From positions 16,184 through 80,183 of the forward strand of contig JADZFR010000007.1 of the NCBI GenBank assembly GCA_020849795.1: DNA of 64,000 nucleotides. The letters run 5' to 3'. Below, piece after piece: positions 29,211-38,866 of the stretch. Position 1 is the first letter of the stretch, and every line of letters begins with the position of its first letter. The notes under the pieces were generated by a model. That model ran no database searches, was not told the origin of the DNA, and saw nothing but the letters and a program-made list of their open reading frames with translations. Made by a program: the position numbers and the translations under genes. This DNA is from Planctomycetota bacterium. GTDB taxonomy: Bacteria; Planctomycetota; UBA8742; UBA2392.

Positions 29211-30584
29211 ATGCTCTGGACACGTTTACTGTTTGCCGGCGTTGCCGCTGTCAGCATCGGCAGCCTTGACACGCTGGCCCAAGAAACTCCCGCGCCTGCC
29301 ACCGAGAAGAAGACCGAGGCTGCACCCGCCAACATCGACGTGAACAAGCCGGCTGTCGGAAAGTTCACGGTCGTCAAGAAGACCGATCTCAAACTGACCG
29401 ATGAAGCCCGCAAGCGCGACGTTGTGCTGGCGGCGTGCTTTCCGAAAGAAGAGGGCAGCTACCCGGTCATCCTGTACAGCGTAGGCCAGGGCGCCGTCGC
29501 CAACGACTCGCTGGCGACGCCCGAGTTTCTGGCCAGCCACGGCTACGTTGTGTTTGTGCCGACCCACCCGCAGCCCGCACGCGGCGGCGCTGCAGCACCG
29601 AACCCCGACCAGATGTTTGAGCAGTACGACACCAACAAAGACGGCAAACTTTCGAAAGAAGAGCTGCCCGAGCAACTGCGGGACTTCTTTGACACCGTGG
29701 ACACCGACAGCGACGGCTTTATCAGCAAAGACGAGCTGCGCGCAGCAATCGGCGGCGCAGCCCCCGCGCCGGCGCCCGAGCAGCCGAAGAAAGACGAGCC
29801 CAAGAAGGATGACAAAGAAAAAGAAGACGAATTCGACCGCGCGCCGGACTCGCCCGAGATGCACCTGACCGAAGACCCGGCGCAGCCCGCGCCCGAGCAG
29901 CCTCGCGGTCGCCAGGGCCGACAGGGCCGCGGCCAGCGCGGCAACGACCCCACCAGCATCATCGACCGCAGCAAAGACCTGCTGCTGGTGACCGACCAGA
30001 TGACCAAGCTTGTGGAAGCGACGCCGGAGCTCAAGGGCAAAGCCAACCTGGAACAGATTGCCGTCGTCGGCCACGGGGCCGGTGCAGCCACGGCAGTCAT
30101 CCTGGGCGGCGCCACCATTGACGTCGGCGAGGAAAAGGGCAAGTCGTTCGCAGACAAGCGCATCAAGGCCGTCGTGCAGTTCGGCCCGGCGCAGAGCGGC
30201 CGCAATGGCTTCAGCGCGGATTCGTGGAAGGGCCTGACCACGCCCATGCTTGCCGTCAGCGGCGCCACACAGATGAACTTCGGCCGCGGCACCCCGGACC
30301 CTGAGGCGCGCAAAGAGTCATTCAAAGGCGCACCCGAAGGCAACAAGTACTTCGTAAGCATTGAGGGCGCATCCGACTTCGACCTGCCGGGCGCACCGGC
30401 CATGCGCATGGGCCGCGGCGGCCAGGCACCAGCCAAGAACGAAGCCGCCGGCAACTGGACGAACAGCGTGACCCTTCAGTTCTTGAACAGCACGCTCAAA
30501 GCCGACGAATCCGCCAAGACCTGGCTCGCCGGCGACGCGCTGGACAAGGGCTCCGAGGGCAAGGCCAAGATCGAACGCAAGTAA
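29211..30584 (+). CDS. Secreted alpha/beta-hydrolase-fold protein (PAF-acetylhydrolase/chlorophyllase-like) with inserted EF-hand pair; nucleophile elbow degenerate (GHGAG)
   Basis: Signal peptide. Two canonical EF-hand loops, DTNKDGKLSKEE and DTDSDGFISKDE. Hydrolase-like segments flank them, but G-H-G-A-G replaces G-x-S-x-G. Confidence 0.65.
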   Translation: MLWTRLLFAGVAAVSIGSLDTLAQETPAPATEKKTEAAPANIDVNKPAVGKFTVVKKTDLKLTDEARKRDVVLAACFPKEEGSYPVILYSVGQGAVANDSLATPEFLASHGYVVFVPTHPQPARGGAAAPNPDQMFEQYDTNKDGKLSKEELPEQLRDFFDTVDTDSDGFISKDELRAAIGGAAPAPAPEQPKKDEPKKDDKEKEDEFDRAPDSPEMHLTEDPAQPAPEQPRGRQGRQGRGQRGNDPTSIIDRSKDLLLVTDQMTKLVEATPELKGKANLEQIAVVGHGAGAATAVILGGATIDVGEEKGKSFADKRIKAVVQFGPAQSGRNGFSADSWKGLTTPMLAVSGATQMNFGRGTPDPEARKESFKGAPEGNKYFVSIEGASDFDLPGAPAMRMGRGGQAPAKNEAAGNWTNSVTLQFLNSTLKADESAKTWLAGDALDKGSEGKAKIERK

Positions 30585-30718
30585 GCTGAATGTGGAATGC
30601 GCGTCCTGCGCATGAGTTTCGCGTGCCTGTGCACGCGCTTGCGGCGGCCCCAGGGCCGCCGCAACTCATTCGCGGGCCTGCACGCCGAAGCCGTGGCGAA
30701 GACGGGGCGCGAATGCCG

Positions 30719-32215
30719 CTACTCGAGATTCTCGTACATGGCGCCCAGCATGTCGCAGTACAGGATCCCGCGGTCTTTGTCCTCTTTGGCCAGCAGGCTG
30801 CTCTGGTGCAGGCCCTCAAGCACGAACTCCATCGCCGCTGCGAGCTCGGGCCCCTTGACATCCTTCATGTATTGACGCGTCAATGCCTCAAGCTCGGGCA
30901 CGGCCTGCAGTGCTTTCGCGTACTCTTTGTCGGGCATCTCGTCCGTCAGTTCCAGCCGCTTGCCCTTGGCAAACCAGTCGATCACCGGCTTGTACGGGCC
31001 GTCATCGCGCTGGGGCACCGCCTCGCGGCCCTGCTTCCGGCCCGTGCGCTGGCGCGTGGCGTACACGCCGGGGAACGCGGCCTCAAACACCCCGCGCAGC
31101 GCCGCACCGATAATGCCGGTCGCAACCTTGTGCGCGCCTTCCTGTTCGCCTTCGTAGACCAGTTCCAGCTTGCCCGACATGGCCGGGATCGCCGCCGACA
31201 GGTCCACCACCCGCAGCCACGTGCTATCTTGACCGGTCAACAGGCAGCGCCGTTCGGCGTTGCTTAGCACACTTTCCAGCGCGGCAATGTTCATGCGCGC
31301 GCTGACACCGCTGGCCTGGTCGACAAACTCTGATTTGCGCGCGGCAAACCCGATCTGCTCAATGGCTTCGCGAAGAAACGCAGGCACGTGCACCTTGGGC
31401 GCCTTCGGGCGCTCGGTCCAGGCCTCTTGATCCGTGATCGCGCGGCTGTCTTCCACCGAGTTGGGATAGTGCGTGATCACCTGCGACTCGATGCGGTCTT
31501 TCAGCGGAGTGATAATGCTGCCGCGGTTGGTGTAGTCCTCCGGGTTGGCCGAAAAGCACAGCATCAGGTCCAGCGGAATGCGCACCGGAAAGCCGCGAAT
31601 CTGGATGTCGGCTTCTTCAAGAATGTTCAACAGGCCCACCTGGATGCGCGGCTGCAGGTCCGGCAATTCATTGATGGCAAAGATGCCGCGGTTGGTGCGC
31701 GGGATGATGCCGAAGTGGATGACCTCTTCGTCGGCAAACGTGAGCTTTTGCGTGGCGGCCTTGATCGGGTCTACGTCGCCAATCAGGTCGGCGATGCTCA
31801 CGTCCGGCGTGGCAAGTTTCTCGGCATAGCGCGACTCTCGGTGCAGCCAGTCGATTTCGACCTCGTCGCCGTGGCGGGCCACCAGCGTTCGCGCGTACTT
31901 GGAAAGCGGCTTGTATGGGTCATCGTTGAGTTCACTGCCCTTGATCACGGGCATGTACTCGTCCAGCAGGTTGACCAGGCTGCGCAAGATGCGCGTCTTT
32001 GCCTGCCCGCGCAGCCCCAGCAGGATCAGGTTGTGGCGCGCAAGCACCGCATTGATCACCTGCGGAATGACGGTCTGGTCATAGCCGACGATGCCGGGGA
32101 ACAGCTTGCTCTTGTCGCCCAGTCGGGCCACCAGATTTTCGCGCAGTTCGTCTTTGACGCCGCGCGACTTCCAGCCCGAAGCCTTGAGCGCGCCTATCGT
32201 GGTTGGTCGTGCCAT
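30719..32215 (-). CDS. AAA+ ATPase, magnesium-chelatase ChlI/BchI-like family
   Basis: N-terminal region aligns to ChlI (GYDQTV...LLGLRGQAKT...ELNDDPY). Walker B-like FAINELPD. ~500 aa. Confidence 0.65.
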   Translation of the reverse strand: MARPTTIGALKASGWKSRGVKDELRENLVARLGDKSKLFPGIVGYDQTVIPQVINAVLARHNLILLGLRGQAKTRILRSLVNLLDEYMPVIKGSELNDDPYKPLSKYARTLVARHGDEVEIDWLHRESRYAEKLATPDVSIADLIGDVDPIKAATQKLTFADEEVIHFGIIPRTNRGIFAINELPDLQPRIQVGLLNILEEADIQIRGFPVRIPLDLMLCFSANPEDYTNRGSIITPLKDRIESQVITHYPNSVEDSRAITDQEAWTERPKAPKVHVPAFLREAIEQIGFAARKSEFVDQASGVSARMNIAALESVLSNAERRCLLTGQDSTWLRVVDLSAAIPAMSGKLELVYEGEQEGAHKVATGIIGAALRGVFEAAFPGVYATRQRTGRKQGREAVPQRDDGPYKPVIDWFAKGKRLELTDEMPDKEYAKALQAVPELEALTRQYMKDVKGPELAAAMEFVLEGLHQSSLLAKEDKDRGILYCDMLGAMYENLE

Positions 32216-32263
32216 GGCGCGGATGCTACCAGCCAGCACCCGCATTGGGAAACCCGCGGACGG

Positions 32264-33220
32264 CTAGGCCTTGAACTTCAGCAGCCATTCAAGGTCGGCC
32301 TCGTCCACGCTTTCCCATTCGCCGCTGACCAGACGCCAGTTGTGCCCGTGCCGCACCAGCAGCTTGTGAACCGTGATCTCGCGACGGTCGATGTGCGCCT
32401 TGTTGAGCTTTGCGATCAGCCACGCCACAGCGGCACCCAACGCAGCCGCCGAGACGACGACGCCCCAGAACGGCGCCCCCAGCTCGCGCAGGCGCTCGGA
32501 CCCGACAATGAAAGGCACAGCCACAACCAGCACACCCGCCGCCAGCGCCCCATAGAATGCAAGCTTGCGCCGCACCGCAATGCGCAACGTCACGCGAGCA
32601 AGCGCCACATCGGCCATCGGGCTTTCCGCTTGCAGGTCGCGCACGCTTACAAGGTGTGTGACTGCCGGGTTGCCGCGCAACAGCGCGCGCCAATACCTTG
32701 CCAGCGTCTTGGCAGAGTCCAGTTTGGGCACGGCGGCTGCGGTCAACCAGTTGAACACCGGGCGCACCGGCGGGCCGGGATGATCGAACCCACGCACCAG
32801 CGCCCCAAGCCGCCGGCTGCGCGGCCGGCGCTGCGTTGCCGCAAGATAGAACTCGTGAATCGTCTTTTCGGGGCTATCTGGTGCACTGGCGGCCCAGCGC
32901 GTCATCACTCGCGATACGCCGATGTAGAAAGCCACTGCGGCGGCCACGCCTACCAGCGCCCAGGCGCCCGGGTCGATCCAGGCGCGCCAGTCGTTGAAGT
33001 CCCCCGGCCAGACAGGCTGGAACACGGCCAGCAAAGCCGCCGCGCCGAACGGAACCAGCAGCAGCGGGACGGTACCAAAGAGGATGCGGCTGTCGCGGCC
33101 GACGCGCTTTACGGACAGGTCGGGTGCCATCGCCGCATGCAGTCGCGCCTTGGCCTCGCGGTGCGGGTCAACGGCTGGCTTGCGAGGTGAGCGCTGCGGC
33201 GGATTCAGGATGAGCGTCAT
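32264..33220 (-). CDS. Hypothetical membrane protein
   Basis: Several TM helices, no recognised motifs. Start uncertain. Confidence 0.5.
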   Translation of the reverse strand: MTLILNPPQRSPRKPAVDPHREAKARLHAAMAPDLSVKRVGRDSRILFGTVPLLLVPFGAAALLAVFQPVWPGDFNDWRAWIDPGAWALVGVAAAVAFYIGVSRVMTRWAASAPDSPEKTIHEFYLAATQRRPRSRRLGALVRGFDHPGPPVRPVFNWLTAAAVPKLDSAKTLARYWRALLRGNPAVTHLVSVRDLQAESPMADVALARVTLRIAVRRKLAFYGALAAGVLVVAVPFIVGSERLRELGAPFWGVVVSAAALGAAVAWLIAKLNKAHIDRREITVHKLLVRHGHNWRLVSGEWESVDEADLEWLLKFKA

Positions 33221-33354
33221 ACCTCAACGCTATCACCCCGACCGGCCCGGAATCGGCCATGGGCAAGGATTTGGCAAGATTTTATTGCCTTGAACGCACC
33301 GTGCAAATGTAAGGCGCCCGGCATTCGCCGGGCGCCTGTTTGATTTCGCGAACA

Positions 33355-33867
33355 CTAGTTCTTGACGGCCTTTTCTTCGGTCTTCTTCTCGGCCTTGGCG
33401 CTCGATCCGCAACCGCCGCAGTCGCTGCCCTTGGCTGCCGTGCCGCAGCCGCTGCCGCAACCCTCACAGCCGCCGCCGCAACCGCCGCAACCGCCGCCGC
33501 TACTTGCGGTGTCCGCGGTCACGACCTGCGCAGCGCTGGCGCGCTTCATGGTGCCTTTGCTTTTGCCGTTGGTGTCGGCTGCAGTGGGCTGCGCTGCCGA
33601 TGCCTTCTTGCAGTTGCCCTGACCTTCACAGCAACCCGCGGGGCACACGCCGCCGGGGCAGCAATCGCTGGCCTTGGCTTTTTCAACTTTGACGTCGGTG
33701 GTGGCTTTGTCGGTCTTGGCTTCGGCCTTTGCAGCCGCTTCCTTCTTCTCAGCTTCCTTCTTGACTGCGGCTTCTTTGGCAGCGGCTTCGCAGGCCGGGC
33801 AAGCCGAAAGGTTGCCGCCCAGACACAGCAGCAGTGCAGTCAACGTGGTAAGCAGAATGGTCTTCAT
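33355..33867 (-). CDS. Cys-rich secreted lipoprotein (metallothionein-like low complexity)
   Basis: Signal peptide plus lipobox LSAC. Clusters CPAC, CCPGGVCPAGCCEGQGNC, GGGCGGCGGGCEGCGSGCG. Lys/Ala/Glu-rich spacers. Confidence 0.55.
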   Translation of the reverse strand: MKTILLTTLTALLLCLGGNLSACPACEAAAKEAAVKKEAEKKEAAAKAEAKTDKATTDVKVEKAKASDCCPGGVCPAGCCEGQGNCKKASAAQPTAADTNGKSKGTMKRASAAQVVTADTASSGGGCGGCGGGCEGCGSGCGTAAKGSDCGGCGSSAKAEKKTEEKAVKN

Positions 33868-34030
33868 GGTCAGTCCTTTAGGAAGTGAACCGCAAGTTGT
33901 GTGCACCTTGGCGCACAAGTCTAGTGTTTAGTGGTGCTTCGGCCAATAGGCTTACAGTGCTTTTTTAGCGCGCCCGGCCCGTGCTTGCGGCAGGCGACCG
34001 TCGCGCTAAACTTCGGCCAGTCACCCATTT

Positions 34031-34546
34031 GTGAGGCTTTTCGTGTCCAAGCGCCTGCTGAAGTTCATTGTTAACGGCCGACAGGCCGAGGTTGCCGTTG
34101 AACCCCACCACACCTTGGCCAGCGTGCTGCGCAATGAGTTGAACCTGACCGGCACCAAAGTCGGATGCGACATGGGCACATGCGGGTGCTGCACAGTCCA
34201 CATCGACGGAAAAGCCAAGCTGAGCTGCCTGACGCTGGCTCTGGAGTGCCAGGGCGCGCAAATCCGCACCATCGAAGCCCTGAACGAGTACGAGATGCAC
34301 CCGCTGCAAAAGGCGTTTGCCGAGTGCGGCGGCAGCCAGTGCGGCTACTGCACGCCCGGCTTTATCATGAAGAGCTGCGAGTTGCTTGAACGCAACCCGG
34401 ACCCCACCCGCGAAGAGATCCAGGAAGCGCTGGCCGGCAACCTGTGCCGCTGCACCGGCTTCATGAAAATCTACGACGCGGTTGAGCAGGCAGCCGGCGA
34501 GCTGCGAAGGAAAGAAACACCAAAGCCTGCCCCGGCCAAAGTTTGA
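34031..34546 (+). CDS. Xanthine-dehydrogenase-family small subunit, 2x[2Fe-2S]
   Basis: Plant-type ferredoxin motif CDMGTCGCC plus second cluster motif CGYCTPG. The start may instead be the GTG at 34043. Confidence 0.85.
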   Translation: MRLFVSKRLLKFIVNGRQAEVAVEPHHTLASVLRNELNLTGTKVGCDMGTCGCCTVHIDGKAKLSCLTLALECQGAQIRTIEALNEYEMHPLQKAFAECGGSQCGYCTPGFIMKSCELLERNPDPTREEIQEALAGNLCRCTGFMKIYDAVEQAAGELRRKETPKPAPAKV

Positions 34547-34626
34547 CCACCGAACCGGCGGTTTCCAGCATAGCCGCAAAGACCTGCACACCGCGTTTCT
34601 GCGAGTGATTCTACACGAGGATAGAC

Positions 34627-37029
34627 ATGCCCACTGTCAGCGGATCCGGTGAGACCAAGAACGAACACCAGCTCAACAAGGGTGTGTGGTCTGACAACGG
34701 CGCGCCCGCAGCGGCCGAGTTCAGTGTGATCGGCAAGCGCGTTCCGCTCAAAGACGCCTACCGCAAAGTCACCGGCGAGGGCGTGTACGCTGACGACATG
34801 AAATTCCCGGGCATGCTGTACTCGCGCATTCTTCACGCTGAAAAAGCCCACGCAAAAATCAAGCGCATAGACACGTCGCGGGCCGAAGCACTGCCCGGCG
34901 TGCGTGCCGTCGTCACCGGCAACGACGCCGCCAACCGCTTCGGCGTGCTGCCCGTCAGCCAGGACGAGTTGTCGATGGCCCGCGAGAAGGTCATCTACAA
35001 CGGTGAGCCCGTCGCCGCCGTCGCTGCCGACACGGAAGAAATTGCCGCCGAAGCCATCTGGCTGATCGACGTCGAGTACGAACCGCTGGAAGAGTTCCTG
35101 AAGCCGCGAGATTCACTCAAGGACGTCTCGCCCGAGCTGCAGATTCACGACAAGGTCGAAAAGAAGCACCCCAATACCAACATCCACAAAGCGGTTGACC
35201 AGGAATTCGGCGACGTTGAAGGCGCATTCAAGACCGCCGAAGCCATCGTCAGCGCCGAATTCAAGTTCGACGGCATCAGCCACGGGTTCACTGAGCCGCA
35301 CGCCATTGTCGCGCATTGGGACGCCGACGACCGGCTGCAGCTCTACACGCCGCAGCAGGTCCCCCACTACACGCATCGCGCGCTGGCCAAGGTACTTGAG
35401 CTGCCGATGCATCGCATCCAGGTGATCCGCACCATGGTGGGCGGCGGTTTTGGCGGCAAGAGCGACCCGTTCCAGCACGAGATGATCGCCAGCCTGCTGA
35501 GCATGAAAACGCGGCGCCCGGTCAAGCTGACCATGGACCGCGAAGAAACGTTCCTGACGGGCCGCGGCCGCCACCCCACCGAGGGCAAGCTGGCCATGGC
35601 CTTCGACAAAGAGGGCAAGCTGACCGCGCTGGACAGCGACATCATCATCGATGGCGGCGCCTACGGCAGCTTTGGCGTGGTCAGCGCCTACTACAACGGA
35701 GTGCTAAGCAACGGGCCCTACTGGATGCCGGCTTTCCGCTACCACGGCAAGCGCGTGTACAGCAACCGCATCCCCAGTGGCGCGATGCGCGGCCACGGCA
35801 GCGTCAACCCGCGCTATTGCACAGAGACGTTGATCGACATGGCGGCTGTGAAGCTGGGGCTGGACCCATGCGAGATTCGCCTGCGCAACTTCCTGCCCAG
35901 CAACACGCTCACGCCCTACCACAAGTTCCGCATCACCAGCAACGGCATTCGCGAAGGCCTGGCCGAAGCCATGCGACGCAGCGAATGGAAAAAGAAGTGG
36001 GGCAAGCTGCCCTACGGGCACGGCATTGGCGTCGGCTGCGCGTGGTACATCAGCGGCAGCGCGCTTCCGATCCACTGGAACAAGCTGCCGCAAAGCACCG
36101 TGCACATCAAGATTGACATGGACGGCGGCGTGACTGTTCACAGCCTGGCCGCCGAAATCGGCCAGGGCAGCGACACCATGCTGGCCCAGTGCGTGGCAGA
36201 GGTGATCGGCTGCAACCTAGAGCGCGTGCACGTGAAGTCCACCACCACCGACACGGCGCCGATCGACCTGGGCAGCTACAGCTCGCGCGTGACTTTCATG
36301 GCCGGCAACGCCGCGCGCAAAGCCGCCGAGAACATTCGCGCACAACTGGCCGCCGCGGCAAGCAGGCTTACAGGGCAACCGGCACAGTACTTTGATTTCG
36401 CGGGTGAACAGGTGATCTGCCGCAGCAAACCCGACGTGCGCGTCACGTTCATGGAAGCACTGCACGAAGCCCAGGCCGACATCGGCGCGCTGATCGCCAG
36501 CGGCAGCTACCAGGCGCCGCCGCTGGGCACGACGTTCAAGGGCAGCAACGCGGGCCTGAGCCCCAGTTACAGTTTCAGCGCGTTCATCTGCGAGCTGAAG
36601 GTGGACCCCGAGACCGGCTTTGTACAGCCGCTGAAAATCTGGGCGGCGCACGATTGCGGCCGCGCGCTGAACCCTCTGGCCGTGGAAGGGCAGATAGAAG
36701 GCAGCGTGCACATGGGGCTGGGGCAAGCCCTGACCGAGCAATTGCGCTACCGCGGCGCGCAACTGCTGAACGGGAACTTTCTGGACTACAAGATTCCCAC
36801 GCCGTACGACACGCCTGAGATCGAAGCGATCATCGTCGAAAGCGCAGACCCCGAGGGCCCCTTCGGCGCCAAAGAGTGCGGCGAAGGCGCTCTGGCACCG
36901 ATTATTCCGGCGGTGGGCAACGCGATCTACGACGCGGTAGGCGTGCGCATGTTCGAAGTGCCGATGACCCCCGACCGAGTGCTCAAGGCCATCGAAGCCA
37001 AGAAACGCGCCGAGGCTAAAGGCGAGTAG
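34627..37029 (+). CDS. Xanthine-dehydrogenase-family molybdopterin-binding large subunit
   Basis: 800 aa with aldehyde oxidase/xanthine dehydrogenase a/b-hammerhead and MoCo-binding domains. Confidence 0.9.
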   Translation: MPTVSGSGETKNEHQLNKGVWSDNGAPAAAEFSVIGKRVPLKDAYRKVTGEGVYADDMKFPGMLYSRILHAEKAHAKIKRIDTSRAEALPGVRAVVTGNDAANRFGVLPVSQDELSMAREKVIYNGEPVAAVAADTEEIAAEAIWLIDVEYEPLEEFLKPRDSLKDVSPELQIHDKVEKKHPNTNIHKAVDQEFGDVEGAFKTAEAIVSAEFKFDGISHGFTEPHAIVAHWDADDRLQLYTPQQVPHYTHRALAKVLELPMHRIQVIRTMVGGGFGGKSDPFQHEMIASLLSMKTRRPVKLTMDREETFLTGRGRHPTEGKLAMAFDKEGKLTALDSDIIIDGGAYGSFGVVSAYYNGVLSNGPYWMPAFRYHGKRVYSNRIPSGAMRGHGSVNPRYCTETLIDMAAVKLGLDPCEIRLRNFLPSNTLTPYHKFRITSNGIREGLAEAMRRSEWKKKWGKLPYGHGIGVGCAWYISGSALPIHWNKLPQSTVHIKIDMDGGVTVHSLAAEIGQGSDTMLAQCVAEVIGCNLERVHVKSTTTDTAPIDLGSYSSRVTFMAGNAARKAAENIRAQLAAAASRLTGQPAQYFDFAGEQVICRSKPDVRVTFMEALHEAQADIGALIASGSYQAPPLGTTFKGSNAGLSPSYSFSAFICELKVDPETGFVQPLKIWAAHDCGRALNPLAVEGQIEGSVHMGLGQALTEQLRYRGAQLLNGNFLDYKIPTPYDTPEIEAIIVESADPEGPFGAKECGEGALAPIIPAVGNAIYDAVGVRMFEVPMTPDRVLKAIEAKKRAEAKGE

Positions 37030-37052
37030 CCGCGAAGTTCAAGGATTACACC

Positions 37053-38114
37053 ATGACGATGTTGCTACCGAAGTTCGAACTTCACCAACCCGCCACGCTT
37101 GATGAGGCCGTGGCGCTGGCGGCTTTGCATGTGGATGACTTTGACCTGCTTTCGGGCGGGACCGACCTGCTGCCGAACTACAAGTGCGGGCTCAATGCGC
37201 GCCACAACGTGATCAGTCTTGCCCACATTGCCGAACTCAAGCACATCGACGGGCATTCGATCGGCGCGGGCGTAACCCTGACTGAAATTGAGCGCAACAC
37301 CGATGTCCCGCGCAGCGTCGCCGATTGCGCCCGCCACATCGCGTCGCCTCTGCTGCGCGAGTCGGGCACGTTGGGCGGCAACCTGATGCTCGACAACCGC
37401 TGCCACTTTTTCAACCAAAGCTATTTCTGGCGCCGCTCGCTCGGCTACTGCCTCAAAGCCAACGGCGACCGCTGCCACGTCGTGCCGCAAATCAACGAAG
37501 GCGGCAAGAGCGTGCTGAACGACAAAGTCTGCGTCGCCACGCACTCCAGCGACCTGGCACCCATGCTGATCGCACTGGGCGCGGAAGCCACATTCATCAG
37601 CACAGCCGGCAAGCGCACGCTCAAACTGAATGACTTCTACTGGGGCGACGGCATTGAACGCTACGAGCGCAAGCCCGGCGAAATCCTGGTGCAGGTGACG
37701 CTGCCCAAGTGGGCGCACGAGGTTCGCAGCGGCTGGAAGAAGCTGGCCCCGCGTCAGAGCATTGACTTCAGTGTCGTGGGTGTCGGGGCGGCGCTGGAAC
37801 TCGACGGCAACAAAGTGAGGGCGCTGCGTGTGGCGCTTGGCGCGGTCGATACCACGCCGGTACTGTTTGATTTCTCGCGGCTGGAGAAGCGCAAAGATGC
37901 AGGACATTACCTGCTGATGGACCCGTACAAGAACATGCCCGAAGTGCTTGGCAAGACGCTCGACGACGCATTGATCGAGACGGTGGCCAAGCACGTGCAG
38001 ACGCAGGCCCAGCCAAAACTCAACGTGCCCATGGCCCCCGACTATCGCAGAAAGATGTGCGGCGTGCTGACGCGCCGCCTGCTGACCCAGTTGCGCGACG
38101 GCCCCGCGGAATAA
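37053..38114 (+). CDS. Xanthine-dehydrogenase-family FAD-binding medium subunit with Cys4 insertion (HcrB-like)
   Basis: FAD-binding domain (LLSGGTDLL, GTLGGNL). Insertion with Cys117/133/141/160 (C-x15-C-x7-C-x18-C). 353 aa versus ~290 typical. Confidence 0.85.
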   Translation: MTMLLPKFELHQPATLDEAVALAALHVDDFDLLSGGTDLLPNYKCGLNARHNVISLAHIAELKHIDGHSIGAGVTLTEIERNTDVPRSVADCARHIASPLLRESGTLGGNLMLDNRCHFFNQSYFWRRSLGYCLKANGDRCHVVPQINEGGKSVLNDKVCVATHSSDLAPMLIALGAEATFISTAGKRTLKLNDFYWGDGIERYERKPGEILVQVTLPKWAHEVRSGWKKLAPRQSIDFSVVGVGAALELDGNKVRALRVALGAVDTTPVLFDFSRLEKRKDAGHYLLMDPYKNMPEVLGKTLDDALIETVAKHVQTQAQPKLNVPMAPDYRRKMCGVLTRRLLTQLRDGPAE

Positions 38115-38156
38115 CGCTGCACCGCCACCGTGAACTGTGGCCGTGTCCGCCACCCG

Positions 38157-38768
38157 CTATTCCGGCGGCGCATCCTTGACGTCATGCGCCAGCGTTACGC
38201 CCGCGTCCTTGAGCAACGTGTCCAGAAACGCCGACAGTTTTGGGGCCGTTGTTCCCATCTCGCTGCGGTCAAGTTCCTGGCCTGCCGCATCGAACACGAT
38301 GATCTTGGAGCACTCAAAGCAGATCGAGTACAGCCGCGATTCGCTGCCTTTCGCGGCGACGATGATGTGCCGCGGATCGAAACAATCGACCATGAACCCG
38401 CCCAGCGCGTTCTCAAGCAGCGTCGCCAGCTCGCCGCGGCGGCTTGCGTCGACCGACACGTGGCCATACACGGCACGCTTGCCGTCAAAAACGCCGGATT
38501 CAAGCTCAGCCAGGCTTTGACCCTTGCCCTTGGGCAACGCTTTGGGCGTCACGGAATACAGCTGCACCGTGTCGGCGCCGCGCAGAAAATCCATCTGTTC
38601 CTGCGACAGGCGTTGTCTGGGGTTCGCAGGCTTGTCGGTGTTCGGCGCGGCAGGCGCGTTGCCCGGGGCGTTGCCTGCCGGTGGCCGGTTTCCGGGGCCA
38701 GCGTTCGCCCCGCACGCCACTACAAAGCACAGAAGTGCGACAGCAGCGACCAGCCTGATGTGTCTCAT
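38157..38768 (-). CDS. Hypothetical lipoprotein
   Basis: Signal peptide plus lipobox VVAC, then a Pro/Gly/Asn-rich linker. Start at the internal ATG. Confidence 0.55.
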   Translation of the reverse strand: MRHIRLVAAVALLCFVVACGANAGPGNRPPAGNAPGNAPAAPNTDKPANPRQRLSQEQMDFLRGADTVQLYSVTPKALPKGKGQSLAELESGVFDGKRAVYGHVSVDASRRGELATLLENALGGFMVDCFDPRHIIVAAKGSESRLYSICFECSKIIVFDAAGQELDRSEMGTTAPKLSAFLDTLLKDAGVTLAHDVKDAPPE

Positions 38769-38866
38769 AAACCCGTCCGGTTTGCCCGACAGTGTCACGT
38801 CTACCGCCCAAAGACGCGCCGCTCAATCCCCATTTCGGTGCGCGACAACCGCGTTATAACCACGCC

